A stretch of 64,000 bases of DNA from the human T2T-CHM13v2.0 reference genome, Homo sapiens. Shown one piece after another: positions 1 through 13,237 of this stretch. The position numbers and the translations under genes were made by a program. The number at the start of each line of letters is the position of its first letter. The stretch's first letter is position 1. The stretch is from assembly GCF_009914755.1 (NCBI RefSeq), contig NC_060944.1; one strand, 5' to 3'. A model generated the notes under the pieces. That model was not told the origin of the DNA. It made no database searches and was given only the letters and a program-made list of their open reading frames with translations.

Positions 1-364
1 TGTTTATATACATACATATATAAACACACACATATACACCCGCATACAAATACACGATTTGAAATCAGTGGAAGCTCGTGTGAATGTTAATGCTGCTTAT
101 TTTAGAGGGAGGAGACAAAGATGCTATTTGATTTTTTTCTTTGAGCTTCTCTGTATTTCCTGCTTTCCGCAATGCACGTGAATTATTTTTGAGATTTATC
201 AAGAAGTGTGTTATTAAGATGTAAGTGAGGTCCCCCACCCTTCTGTGGACCCATCAGTGGTCTCCGGGTGAGCTCCTAGTTCTGCCGCCCTCCAGCTGAG
301 TCACTTTAACTCTCCAAGCCTCGTCTTCCCCATCTGTTTGACGCGACAGTGCCCGCCCACGCAC

Positions 365-468
365 CTTCGCTCTTCTCCTGGGGCGTTGGGTCCAGGGCCT
401 GCCAGCCCTCGTACCCCGGCTGCAGGTCCGGCCTGGTCATCCACGACTCCACCCAGCAGTGGAAGTTC
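365..468 (-). CDS. TGM2: TGM2 exon 8 (104 nt; NFHCWVESW...[12 protein letters not shown]), with catalytic His335 (461..459) and Asp358 (392..390). The gene continues beyond position 1.
   Basis: Acceptor CCCTCAG| and donor G|GTGCGT. Contains the WNFH and DPTPQE motifs. Confidence 0.98.
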
Positions 469-1146
469 CTGAGGGGGATAGGGGGGCGGGAATGAAGCAG
501 AACATGAGCAACATTCATCGCCACCTCCCACGGGCAGACCATGCATTCATGTCCCCAGATGCAAGCTCGCCTCGTCCCAAACTGAGCCCAGGGTGTCTCC
601 CCACTGCCTTGTTCTTCCCCCCACGGGGGCCCATCTCACAGCACCCTCTCTAGCCAAGGCGCCCACTCCTACACCTCAGAGCCCTTCTCAACTCCTCTCC
701 CCTCCTTGCCCCTCTCAGTGGCCCCTTTGACCTCCTAATTTCTTGGCTCCATCCCTTCTTTTCTGTCCGTTCAGGGCTTATCACTCCCCACCTGGACCAC
801 GCCCCAGCCCCCCGCCCATCTCTTCCCCTCTAGCCCTCCTGGCAGTTGTCAGCCCCGCCCTCTCCCACTCTGAATCCTTGAGTGACAACCTATTGCTTTT
901 GGAATCAAGCCTGGGCCCCCTAATGTGGCATTCCAGACTCCCGACAACATTTGCAGCATGATTCTTCCTGAGGCCCCATCATGTATGTGGTTGACTTTCC
1001 CTCTAGGCCTTCCCCAAGCCTGCTCAAATACTGCTGAACTTTTAAGGCCCAATTCAAATGTGACCTCCTCCAAGAAGCCCTCCAAGGTTTCCTCTCCATG
1101 GGGCCCTCCCTACTGGGCTCCGATCCCACCCTGGCCCCCACCTCAC

Positions 1147-1282
1147 CAGATCATCTCGCTCTTGTCACCCTGGATCTCCCCAAACTCATTGCGGAAGTAC
1201 TCGATGAGAAGGTTGCTGTTCTGGTCATGGGCCGAGTTGTAGTTGGTCACGACGCGGGTAGGGATGCCCAGGCACCTCAGCA
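1147..1282 (-). CDS. TGM2: TGM2 exon 7 (136 nt; [20 protein letters not shown]...SEMIW)
   Basis: Acceptor CCAACAG| and donor TG|GTGAGG. Frame continuous with exons 6 and 8. Confidence 0.98.
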
Positions 1283-1500
1283 CTGTTGGAGAGGAGTGGA
1301 AAGCGGGGTGAGGTCCTGGAGACATCCGCCCTGCTCTGGGCCTCCACCTGCCCATCTGCATTCCAGGGAACACTGTACCTGCTGTCCAAGTGCTGAGAAC
1401 ATGAGCCAGCCCTTCCTGCCGGGACAATGGCGCCCACCTCTCTGGTCACCCCATGTCCATTCTATGCCCCTCACATCACAGTTGCCAGAAGGAGACTCTA

Positions 1501-1818
<318 letters not shown>

Positions 1819-4494
1819 TCACCACTCCTGTGATCAATTGTCCTTGGTTCCCCATGGCCCTTGAGGTCAAGGCCAGTGCCCTGGCCATGGCCCTTGGCCC
1901 TGCAGGGTCTGGCCCCTGAACCCCTCCTCGCACGCTGTGCTCCTCCACACTGGCCTCCAGCATGCTCTGCCTCTGCCAGCTTCAAGGCATCGGTGTCTGC
2001 AATTCCCTCTGCCTGGAAGGCTGCCTGCCAGGTTCAGGTTGCCCCATCATTTGCATTCATAGCACGGCTGGAGATCCTTCATCCTTCCAGTGTACAGGCA
2101 TGTGAGGGATTCTTTAATTAGTCCTCCAAGGCCAGTGAGGGATCTGTCTTATGTTAGATCCTGGAGCCCAGCACAGGCCTGTCATTGACTATTTTGTCAA
2201 ATGGGATGAAGGAGTGGAGGAAGGAGAGAGGAGAGGAAAGAGGGAGGGAGGGAAGGAGTGATTGAATGACTGACTCTCCCCAAGATAGGGACTTAAAGAC
2301 TCAAACAGCAGAACAGGCAGAGGAGGGCACAGAGGTCGGGAGACCCAGCTGCTTTCAGCTGTGTGACCTGGGACCAGTCCCTTCATGTCTCTGGGCCTTG
2401 GTTCCATCTCTTTGTGCATTAGTGATGCCACTGAGGACTCATCATCATTCCCAATGTACAAGAACACGGATGCACGTGGCCCTATAAATAGGTCGCAGCA
2501 CAGATCAGGGTCCTCAGACTTGTCCGGAGGGAGGGCCCTGCATACCTGCCAACGCCCTGTTTGCTGGGAAAGGGGCTGATGTTGCAATGACAGGTTAAAC
2601 AGCAACAGGACATTGACTGGCATCTGCAAGCTGAGCTCAGCTCAGAGAGGCGAGGAGCACAGGGGAGGGAGGAAAATCCCGGTGTGGATCTCACCCACAC
2701 GGCCCACTGGGTGCTCCTGGCAGACGGAATTATGGGTGCTTTTACTCTCTCATTTTAAAAATGTGCTTTTTATGTGTATTGTAAAAGTAACAGATTCCCA
2801 GAAAAAAATATCTAAAAAATGAAGAGAAACAAGATTAGGCGTAATAAGGTAATCTGTGGGACTTTTGTTTTACTTTTAGTTTTGATTGAAGTTGAGTTTG
2901 GGAGTGGGGGAGAAGGGATGCGACCTTTGCCCTGGGGCCACCATCGATAGGCCAGGGTAAGAGCTTACTGGTTGGCCCTGGATTCCTGCCAGGAGATTTG
3001 TAGGAGCTTCGAGGAAGGAGGAAGGAACAGCTATGACCTCCCCCTCTTGCCTGGTTTCTGTCCCCCTGAGGCCTGGGCAGGGCTCAGCCCTAAGGCTGCC
3101 CTCAGTGAAGGCTGGTGTCCTAACCACAGGTCTTATCCCACCATGCAGTGGGCCTGAGGACAGACCGGAGGACGGGGGAGGTCTGTCTCTGCTTTCCAGG
3201 GAGCCAAGTGCCACTCTTGCCCCAGGGGTGGTGTCCCGGGAGGCCTCCTCATCAGTCTAACAGGAGGCTGCCCCAGCACCGTGCACACCTGGATCAGAGA
3301 CTGACCCTGCTGCTCACCAGCTGTATGACCTTGGGCAAGCCACTCCCCTCTCTGAGCCTCCATTTCCTCCTCAGTAAGACAAGCTAATAATAGCAGCTTG
3401 TGGGGATTTGTGGTGATTCAGAGAGAGGCCGCGGGTGTGGGCACAGCCTTGTCTGCCCATTCCCAGAGCAAGCATTGAGGGGGTGCTCGGGAACAGCACA
3501 GTGTGTCATGGTGCCCGTTACGGCAAACGTCGTCCATCAGTGCTGGCTGATTCATGGACATTGAGGAAGTACAGTGAGGGATCCGGCTAAGAAAGCTGGA
3601 ATGCCAGGCTCCCCTGGAAATCCCCAAACCCAAGCCTAACCGGAGCCAGAGACTGTGCTAAGTGATCTCTCCCTGGTATTAAGAGCTTCCTATGAATGAG
3701 ATCAGTCACCATTGTCTCCATTTTATAGATGAGGAAATTGAGGCTTGGAGGCATCAATTCTCTTGCCCAAGTCCACCCAGGGGTTAGTGGCAGAGCTGGA
3801 TTCAAACCCAGGCAGTCCAGCTCCAGAGTTCATGGGCCAATTCACCATTGGCTCCCCACGTGAACTCCACGGCCACAGTGGTCAGACAGCCCTTTTCTTG
3901 GCCAAGTTTTCCCTGGCTCCATCCTACACAGCCTGGGAAGAGGCTGCGGGGACCAGAACACAGCCCTGCAGTGGGCAGCTGAGGGGCAGGATCTGCTGCT
4001 CAATCTTCAGGCGGCCACAGCCCAGGGTGACCAGGATGACCAGGGTTTCTGCCGGTGAGCCTGGGGATCCAGGTCTTGGATTTCGGGGTTTTTCCAGGAA
4101 AACCCATGGGCTTCTTTGAAAAGAGGTGTTTTAGGGCTCTCAGAGGGAAGTGTCTGGCATGAAGGAGTTTCCACAAGAAAAAGGAATTCAGAGGTCACGG
4201 GGAACAGGCAGTCCCAGGCAGAGAGGCAGGAGTCAGAAGGCAAGGACAGCCGAGCTGAGAACCTAGGTTAGGCTGCCCTGACCCAGCCTGCTGGTGTGGA
4301 GGATGTGCTGGGGGCCCTGCCAGGCACCCTTTCCTGGGCCTTAGCACTGGTTTTGGAATCAGAAAAGCTGGAAGCCCCAGACCAGCCTTTTAGATTGAGC
4401 CTGGTAATAATAATAGTCGTGACAATAAATAGTATCATCACATAAGTATTTTCTATTATGCACCCAAAATCATTTTAAGCACTTCCCACATTCA

Positions 4495-4655
4495 TTTATT
4501 TATTTAGAGATGAGGTCTCGCTCTGTCACCCAGGCTGGAGTACAGTGGTGCAATCATGACTCACCGCAGCCTCGACCTCCTGGGCTCAAGTGATCCCCCT
4601 GCCTCAGCCTCCCAAACAGCTAAGACTACAGGTGCACCACCACCACGCTCAGCTA
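4495..4655 (-). mobile_element. Alu monomer fragment (FRAM/AluJ right arm)
   Basis: Alu right-arm sequence in antisense. Confidence 0.85.
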
Positions 4656-4844
4656 CCTCACACATATTAACTCATTTAATCCTCACAACCATCCCAGTAT
4701 AAAGGTACTACCGTTGTGCCCATTTTACATACAATGGAACTGTGGTTCAGAGGAGTTAAGTGATTTACCTAAGGACACACAGCTGGTAAGAAGCAGAGCT
4801 AGGATTTGAACCCAGGCCTTGACTTCAGAATTTGTGCTCTCTCT

Positions 4845-5103
4845 CTTTTTTTTTTTTTTTTTTTTTTTTTGAGAGAGGATCTTGCTCCGTTGCCCAGGCT
4901 GGAGTGCAATGGTGCAATCATAGCTCATTGCAGCCAACCTCCAGGGGTCAAGCGATCTTCCTGCCTCAGCCTTCTGAGTAGCCAAGACTCCAGACACACA
5001 ACCATGCCTGCTAATTTTTATTTTATTTTATTTTTTTGTAGAGACAAGGTCTCACTATATTGCCCAGGCTGGTCTCAAACTCCCGGCCTCAAGCAATCCT
5101 CAT
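4845..5103 (-). mobile_element. AluJ, 5'-truncated, inserted after a MIR
   Basis: Poly-T tail and Alu body in antisense. Confidence 0.9.
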
Positions 5104-5608
5104 GTCTTGAGTCTACGTTCTTAGCCAGCATGTGATGCTAACCCATTCTCATAAGCACCATCATCAGCCTGGCAACAATCATCGACATTTTCTGGCCTTA
5201 AATTTTGAAGATTTTTGTTTTAGATTTATTTTACTTTTTTGGTTTTAAATTGCTCGATATTCCCCCTCTACATTTTAGAACATGCTTTCTTTCTTGACAC
5301 TGATATTACTGTTAGGATCCAGTTATTACTGGCTAATATTTGCCGAGAGTGACACTGGGCTAGGTTCTGTGCTGAGTAGCTTCATGTCACACCCACTCTA
5401 GGAGGAAGGTCTTGATGTTGTCCCCATTTTCCAGACGAGGAAACTGAGGTTCAGAAAGAAGTCATTTGCTCAAGGTCACAGAGCAAGTGGTGGGAGGGAG
5501 GGGGTTTTTAACTCAAGTTAAAAATCCTGAGTTTTTGAGAACGTGGGCTCCAGTGCCCAAGTTCTCAGCCCTGAGCCCATGCAGTCTCTCCAATGATAGC
5601 CCTTGATC

Positions 5609-5799
5609 CTAACAACCACTGGAGGGATGGCTATTGGATAAAGGACCGGAGAGGGTGGTCACAGGCTCTAGGCCACATAGCGCATTGAGAGTGTTGGTGG
5701 CAGGGGGCAGGACCAGGGCAGGGATGTCCTGATTCCTACTCCAGTGCTCTTCGTGCCCCCTCCCAGGGCTCATGACCCACATCCCAGCGTGCAGCTCAC
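5609..5799 (-). CDS. TGM2: Intron 6 read-through C-terminus (63 aa, GELHAGMW...HPSSGC) of the truncated 349-aa TG2 isoform (TGH2/isoform 3)
   Basis: Frame stays open past the exon 6 donor to a stop at 5609. 286+63 = 349 aa, the length I recall for the described isoform. AATAAA (minus strand) at 5230..5225. Confidence 0.75.
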
Positions 5800-5977
5800 C
5801 TGTGCAGGCCACGGCGGCGAAGACCCAGCACTGGCCATACTTGACGCGCTGGCAGCCGTGGTTCTTCCAGCGCCGCAGGATGTCCACGCTGCCGATCCAG
5901 GACATGGGGCTGACGCCGTCCCCGTAGTTGTTGTCCCAGCGTCCCAGCAGCACACCCTGGTCATCGTTGCAGTTGAC
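5800..5977 (-). CDS. TGM2: TGM2 exon 6 (178 nt; VNCNDDQG...[13 protein letters not shown]), with catalytic Cys277 (TGC at 5830..5828) and Trp241
   Basis: Acceptor TTGCAG| and donor G|GTGAGC. GQCWVF is the transglutaminase active-site signature. Confidence 0.99.
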
Positions 5978-6264
5978 CTGCAACCAGTGGGGCAGCACGG
6001 GGACTGAGCCTGGGATGGGGTGTCGGCTGTGCCGCCTGGGTGAGCCTGAGTACAGCAGGGGGTGAAAGCTGGGGAGGGGAGCTCCAGGGTGAGGAAAGAG
6101 CAGGTGCAAAGGGGCCATCGTGTGACAGACTGGTGTGCGGCAGATGGTGGGGGCTGGAGCCGGGGGACAGGAGGGAGATGGGGAAGAAGGAGGTGGGGCA
6201 GGGTCAAGGACTTGAACGCGATACTGGGGATGTGACTCTGTCCTATGAACACAGGATTGCTCGG

Positions 6265-6850
6265 GAGTGACATGGTGTGATCTAAGTTTTACAAAGACCC
6301 GCTTGGGCCCCCCACCCCAGATTGTGTCGTTCCCCCTAAACTCCCATTACCTCGAGAATAAAATCAGCCTCCTGACCATGATCCAAGAGGCCCTTCTGGT
6401 CTCACCCCTGCCCACCTCTGCAGCTTCCTCTGCACCCACGGGCCCTGCTCACTCCACTCCAGGCACACTGGCCTCTCTTCCTTCCTCAAACCTGCCAAAG
6501 TCGCTCCCTTCTCAGGGCCTTTGCACAGCTGTGCCCTCTGCCTGGAATGCCCTTCTCCTGGGTACCACCTTAGGGAGCCCCTCAGCCCCTCCCTGAGCCT
6601 GGCCCTGCAGTCCAACGCTCTCACACCTCGGGTTCCTTCAGAGCGTGCACCATCATTTATGAACCATGTGAACTGCCTGCTCGTTCATATGGTAGTTTGG
6701 TTAGTGTCTGTCTCCCCTCCCCTCCCCTCCCCTCTATAACACAGTCTCCATAAAGCTAGAGATCACACAGGACTTGCACACAGCTGTCTCCCCAGTGCTT
6801 AGGACATAAGTGGTACTTGATAAATATTTACTGAAGAAATGAATAAATTA
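6265..6850 (+). mobile_element. L2 3' fragment
   Basis: CTCAGGGCCTTTGCACAGCTGTGCCCTCTGCCTGGAATGC ... ATAAATATTTACTGAA tail. Confidence 0.75.
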
Positions 6851-7043
6851 ATTGCTCTGGGGGACCCCATAGCATCACCCTCATCTGTGCAAATCTTATC
6901 TTTCCAATATAAGGTCTTTTCCCCAAGACTTACCCATCTCCCGGGTCCCCCACCGCGCCTAGCCTGTGTCTCCACTGCGAGGGAGAGGCCTGCGGGAGCC
7001 CCCTGTAGGCCCCGCCCCTGGATGGGCCATGCCACTCACTCAC

Positions 7044-7172
7044 CATGCCACTCACCACCCGGCCCACGTAGACGGGGCTGCTGCGGCGGGAGCAGTCACG
7101 GCCGGCGTTCTTCAGGAACTTGGGGTTGACATCTAGAAGGATCAGGCAGATGTCTAGGATCCCATCTTCAAA
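7044..7172 (-). CDS. TGM2: TGM2 exon 5 (129 nt; FEDGILDIC...GRVVSGM), encodes Val224
   Basis: Acceptor ACACAG| and donor ATG|GTGAGT. Cumulative CDS 681 nt = 227 codons. Confidence 0.97.
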
Positions 7173-8478
7173 CTGTGTCAGAGGAAACAAGAGGAGAAAG
7201 AGGGAGCTGGGAAGGCACCTCCTCCAGGAAGCCTGCGTTGAAGCCTCCAGCAGCTGTTTCCCACTCTGTCCCACACAGCAGACTGGGACACTCCGGCCGA
7301 GTCTACCAAATCTCTCTGGTGGCAGCTTCTCTTGGCACAGGAGGGAATGGAGTGGGACAATGACTGGGTGAGCCATGAGTGTGTGACGAAGAGGGTAACA
7401 ATTTTCATCCAGGGCCTGGTTGGGGGAACCTGGAAATCTGGAGCAGGAGCCCATGGAGTGGGCAGCCCGGTGTCCCTGGGGCTCCCCCTCAGAGTCACCT
7501 TGGGCCCTGTCACTGTCCCTTTCTCCTCTTGCTCAGCCAAATCTCCCACTTCCCCAAGGCGTGACCCACCCTGCAGAGCTGATGTCAGCCCCCTCGTCCC
7601 CCTCCAACCCAGCCCACACACGCTGCTCTGATGGGAACTGAGACAGATTCTAAATACAGAAATCCAGTCCCATCACTCTTCTGTTTCAACCGTATCCACA
7701 GTAAAACCTAGACTTCACCGTGCAAACTTCAAGGCCCTTCATGATCTGCTCCCATCCCCTTTTTGACCTCATCTCTCACCACTCACACCCACACTCACTC
7801 TGCCCAGGCTCACTGCCCCAGGGCCCTTGCATGTGCTATTTCTCTGCTCAGAATGCTCTTCCCGCTGCTCTCTGCAGGGCTCACACCTCCTCATCCTTGC
7901 CATTCAAACGTCATCTTTCTCAAAAGCAGGACCCCTTCTTGCCACCTTCCACTGGACCACCCACCTCCAGGGGCCCTTCTGTCTGCTCTTTTCCCCCCAC
8001 TTCTGTGGTCCTTTCCTGGGCCAGATCTCCCTCCAAGCTGCACAACAGCCTTCCACGGTGTGAACCCTCTGTGGCTCCCTATTGCCATCGGCCTAATGTT
8101 CAGGGCTGTTCCACAAACTGGACACTGCTGGCTTCTCCCACCTCATCTCTTGGGGCTCCTTCACACACAAGGTATGCCCCAAGCTACAATATACCTCTCA
8201 GGCACGACATAAACTTTCCAACCTCTGAGCTTTCACTTGCATAGTTCCCTTGGCCTAGTATGTCGTGCACACACCTCCTTGCATGGCAAACTCCTATTTG
8301 TTCTTCAAAGCCCAGCTCAAATATTCCCTACTTCAAGAAGTACCCCCTGATCCCCATAGGCTGTTATTCCTTCCTTCCTCTAGGTCTCATCTTCCTGGAC
8401 TGTGATCACCTCCAGAAGCTTTGCAAAGGCCATGTCCCACAGCCCAGCACAAGACCGGATACAAAACAAGACCCTGTG

Positions 8479-8857
<379 letters not shown>

Positions 8858-9279
8858 TCAGAGCCAATTCATTTTCTGATGTATTTTATGCATCACGGTC
8901 ATACCACCATTTCATTTATATCCCACAGCAGGCTACGGGGTTGCTGAGCAGTTAGTTTTGCAATTATCATCATGATATTCAGATGAGAAAACTTTGGTCA
9001 AAGCCTGAGATCATACAGGGAAGATTTCCCTATGGTTTCAGGGTAGGACCCTCCCTAGAGGGTCATTGAACATTGAAACCTGACCCAGAGGCTGCTGGGG
9101 GAAGCCTCAGGGTGAACCCCACCCCAGGAGGCCAATACCTCCTAACACACCAGGAGGTTGAGGGGCCAGGGGTGCAATGGTTCTTGCTTTGTGAGTTTTC
9201 CCAGCAGAGTCTCAAGAATTTGTACAGGTGGCTGGATGATAAATGAAATTTATCATCACCAGTTTAGAGAACCAGCCCA

Positions 9280-9500
9280 GGCTGGCCCACTGGGGAGTGA
9301 GAAACCACGTGAAACAGATGAGCCATTGGCTGAGCCAGATGGTAGGAGCCTAAAGGTCAGGCTGGCTTTACTGACTCCAGCCAAGCCCAGCCTAGACAGC
9401 CATGCATGGCTGACCCACAGACTTGTGAGAAATAATAAGTGATTGTTGTTTTTAGCCCCTAAATTTCAGGCTTGTTATGCAGCAGCAGCTAGCAGATACA
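9280..9500 (+). mobile_element. MLT1 MaLR LTR, 3' part
   Basis: ACCCACAGACTTGTGAGAAATAATAAGTGATTGTTGTTTTTAGCC...AGATACA. Confidence 0.7.
9337..9379 (+). repeat. Paired duplication A, copy 1 (43 bp; partner 10983..11025, 42/43 identical)
   Basis: AGATGGTAGGAGCC[T/C]AAAGGTCAGGCTGGCTTTACTGACTCCA at both positions. Confidence 0.93.
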
Positions 9501-9508
9501 ACCAGATC

Positions 9509-9627
9509 AGCAGTTCCCAAAGTATGGTTATTAGACAAGCAGCATCAGCATCACCTGGGAACTTGTTTGAAGAGCAAATTCTCAACCCCTAGTGTTTTAA
9601 GACTCTCAGTGATCCTGAGAACCACTG
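9509..9627. mobile_element. MER5A (hAT-Charlie)
   Basis: CAGCAGTTCCCAAAGT..CAGCATCAGCATCACCTGGGAACTTGTT..TGAGAACCACTG. Confidence 0.8.
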
Positions 9628-10021
9628 ATCTGGGTGAGGGTTTAAAGCCTCTTCTTAGCACATGCCTAGCACACAGGGCTCACCCCAGCACAACTCCAAG
9701 TACTGCCTATTGTTTCAATACATGAGCTTTACTGTTCCCTCTTCCCCCTCCCAGGATACCAACCAGCTTCACAGTTCCCAAAGGCTCTCCTAGTTCTTTC
9801 TCCACCTTGAATCCAAGGCTGCCGCCTTTGCTGTGTGACCTCAGGGCAGCCTTGGCCCTCTCTGAACCTTCAGCTGTTTCAGGGCCTTTGCATCCCTGAC
9901 AGCATGAAGTGGGTGACTCTGTGACTCACTCCCACCTGTGCAGCTTTGGCTGCCCCCAGACACAGGGCCGGGCACACAGAAGGGCCTGAGATGGTTGGGA
10001 GAGACAGGGTGTGGCCCTTAC

Positions 10022-10140
10022 CTGCCCAAAATTCCAAGGTATGTTCTTGATGAACTTGGCCGAGCCCTGGTAGATAAAGCCCTGCTGGGTGAGGACATAC
10101 TCCTGCCGCTCCTCTTCCGAGTCCAGGTACACAGCATCCG
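10022..10140 (-). CDS. TGM2: TGM2 exon 4 (119 nt; [15 protein letters not shown]...IPWNFGQ)
   Basis: Acceptor CCTGCAG| and donor CAG|GTAAGG. Contains the conserved transglutaminase PWNFGQ motif. Confidence 0.98.
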
Positions 10141-10982
10141 CTGCAGGCAGGAAGAAAGGGACCTCAGCTCTGGGTCTGCGGAGGCCCAGGGTCCCTGCAA
10201 ATCTGGAGTCAAGGGTGCCAATTCCCTAGGCCAAGCCAGCGTCTCAGGGATCCATCCTTCTTTTAATTAGAAAAAGTAACCATTAATGAATAATCCCACG
10301 TCAATGAGATAAGGTGTTATCGGTTAGTGACAACAAAGGCTGCCATTTCTTCAACACTCACTGTGTGCCAGGACCTGTGATAAATGTATGACCTGTATTA
10401 ATAAATTTAATCTCCAGAAGAGCCTTATGAGGAAGGGATCCTTGAAAGCCCCATTTTAAAGACCAGAAAACTAAGGCTCAGGAATATTTTATAGCTAGGA
10501 AAACTGAGACTAAGGACACAGGAGCACTGGACCGGGAGTCAGGAAACTCCTGATTCTCACTTGCTGTGTGACCCTGGGTAGGCTACTTTGCCTTCTCTGC
10601 CCACCTTAACACCTCACTGTGTCAGCCCAAAATGCAGATCTGAAAGGTGCTTTGGAAACGAAAGCCCTGAGGTAGCGTGAGGGAGGCGCATGATTCAAGG
10701 CAGAGAGAACTCAGTAGCAGAGGGGAAGGCCAAGAAAGGGTTCCTGCAGCTCAGGAGAGGTGGGGTCCTGTCCAGCTTGAGAGAGTTACAGAGAGCTCCC
10801 TGGAGGAGGTGGCATCTGAATGTTGTCTTAAAAAATGATTAAGTTTTAGAGAGTTGGAACCTGGAGGGTAGCATTCTAAGCAGAGGACCAGAAAGCACAA
10901 AGCTTTGGCTGCTGGAAAATGCAGGGCATTTAGTTGTCTGTGGCCAGTGAGGGGAGAAGAAGGAGCTGAGGAAGTTGGGGCA

Positions 10983-11025
10983 AGATGGTAGGAGCCCAAA
11001 GGTCAGGCTGGCTTTACTGACTCCA
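10983..11025 (+). repeat. Paired duplication A, copy 2
   Basis: Aligned by eye to 9337..9379. Confidence 0.93.
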
Positions 11026-12254
11026 CTTAACCGGTGAAGAAACTGAGGCCAAGAAGGGGCAATCTGGAGCCCCATTATGACTTTGGTGAGCCCCAGGCAC
11101 TCTTGACTTCATGCATTCCTTCCTCCATTAGAAAAAAGGTAATTGAATGTTATGACTGCCTTGGTTAATTACAGCTATCTCAATATTACATATTAAAACC
11201 TATTGTTCAACTTAAATGTTCATTTTTTTCTCCTGATTTTAAATTACATTAAAACATGTTCACGGGCCCCTAAGAGTTTCTCAGGCCCCAGGCACAGTGC
11301 CTGCCGGGTCTAATGGAGAAGCTGGCCTGGGAAGGAAGCAGCTGCCGGCCCCTCAGACCCCTGGGCTTTGTCATGCCCGTCTGCAGCAACCAGCAGCCCT
11401 GACTTTCATCGTAGTGAGGAAAAATGGGAAAGAGGCCAAGTCTCTTGTGTATTCTGATCTTTGGCTCTGGAAACTTCTATAAAAATTAACCTTGAAGTCA
11501 ATGAACTATAATGGCTCTGCAGCAGCCGGGGTGTGTGGGATAAGAATGAAAGAGAAAGAAGAACCCACAGTGTTTCAACATTAGAATGAGTGTCAGCACT
11601 TGTTGAATTGTCCCCACCCCAGCTCAGGATGCCAAGACTGTGACATCCCCAGCTCAGGTCCCCATCTGGTAAAGGTGGGGGCACTGGGGACGTGAAGCCT
11701 TGCATATAACTGGCACTCGATCATATTGGTCTTGGAACTGACATACAGGAGGGTCCCATTTTCCAGGCAGACCCGGCCCTTTCCCACCCATCAGACTGAT
11801 TTCCTCCCGCAGCGCCCCTGCGCTCACCCCAGCCCAACTTCCTGCCTCTGCATCACCAGCTCCACAGTTCCCGCCCCGGGATGTGGGTCACTTTAGTCAC
11901 TGTGCCGCTTGGCTGACCGCCACTCCAACCCGCCGCCGGGTGAGGCCAAGCAGGAGGAAGGGGGCCATCCCCCAGAACCACGCTTCCCATTCCCTGAACT
12001 CTGAAACCTTGTGGTGTGGACGAGGGTGGGGACACCGGCGTGTTCCTGTCCTGTTGGCAGAGCTGCCAACTAGTTGCTACCCTCTGCAGATTGACTAAAA
12101 TTCAAAACAAACCTATGGGGCGGGGGGGGGATCCAGTAAGGCCACTTCTGTCCCGAGAAATCATTCCATTGGCCACAGGGTATGAAGCAAGGGTGCTCGT
12201 TGACGCATGGTCCCTGCGTGCCATGAGCCTCCAGGCACAACCTCATGTCCATCA

Positions 12255-12650
<396 letters not shown>

Positions 12651-12930
12651 AATGAATGAGCAGATGTATGCAGACCAATGTGGACAGAGCCTCACGGTGT
12701 ATTGTGAGGGGAAAAAACCAAGTTGTAGGTTAATGTATACAGTGGGATCCTTTTATGTTTGTGATAGAGAGACAGAGACCTATAAAATACAGCAATTTCT
12801 CCAGGCACATACAGACTGACCTAAGGAGGTGAGCCCCCGCAAAATATCTAACAATGGTGTCCCCCAAGGAGGAGGGGTCAAAGGGGGAGGCCATTTCTCT
12901 GTAGTCTTGAAGCCCTCCCCTTCTCTCCCC

Positions 12931-13237
12931 TTTTTTGGAGACAGAGTCTTGCTCTGTCACCCAGGCTGGAGTGCAGTGGCACAATCCCAGCTAACTGCAG
13001 CCTCAACCTCCTGGACTCAAGCGATCCTCCCACCTTAACCTCCTGAGTAGTTGGGACTACAGATGTGTGTCATCACATCGGTCTAATTTTTGTATTTTTT
13101 ATAGAGACGGTGGGTTTCGCCATGTTGGCCAGGCTGGTCTTGAACTCCTGCCTCAAGTGATCCCCCTGCCTCAGCCTCTCAAAGTGCCGGGATTACAGGT
13201 GTGGGATTACAGGTGTGGGATTACACTGCACCTGGGC
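12931..13237 (-). mobile_element. AluJ with an internal 14-bp tandem (GGGATTACAGGTGT) x2.6 at 13189..13225
   Basis: Alu body in antisense. Confidence 0.9.

Noticed and set aside
306-364. Intron 8 read-through giving a ~385-aa protein with an intact triad
   Set aside because: Only 19 codons, as expected by chance, and no canonical AATAAA/ATTAAA on the minus strand in 1-305.
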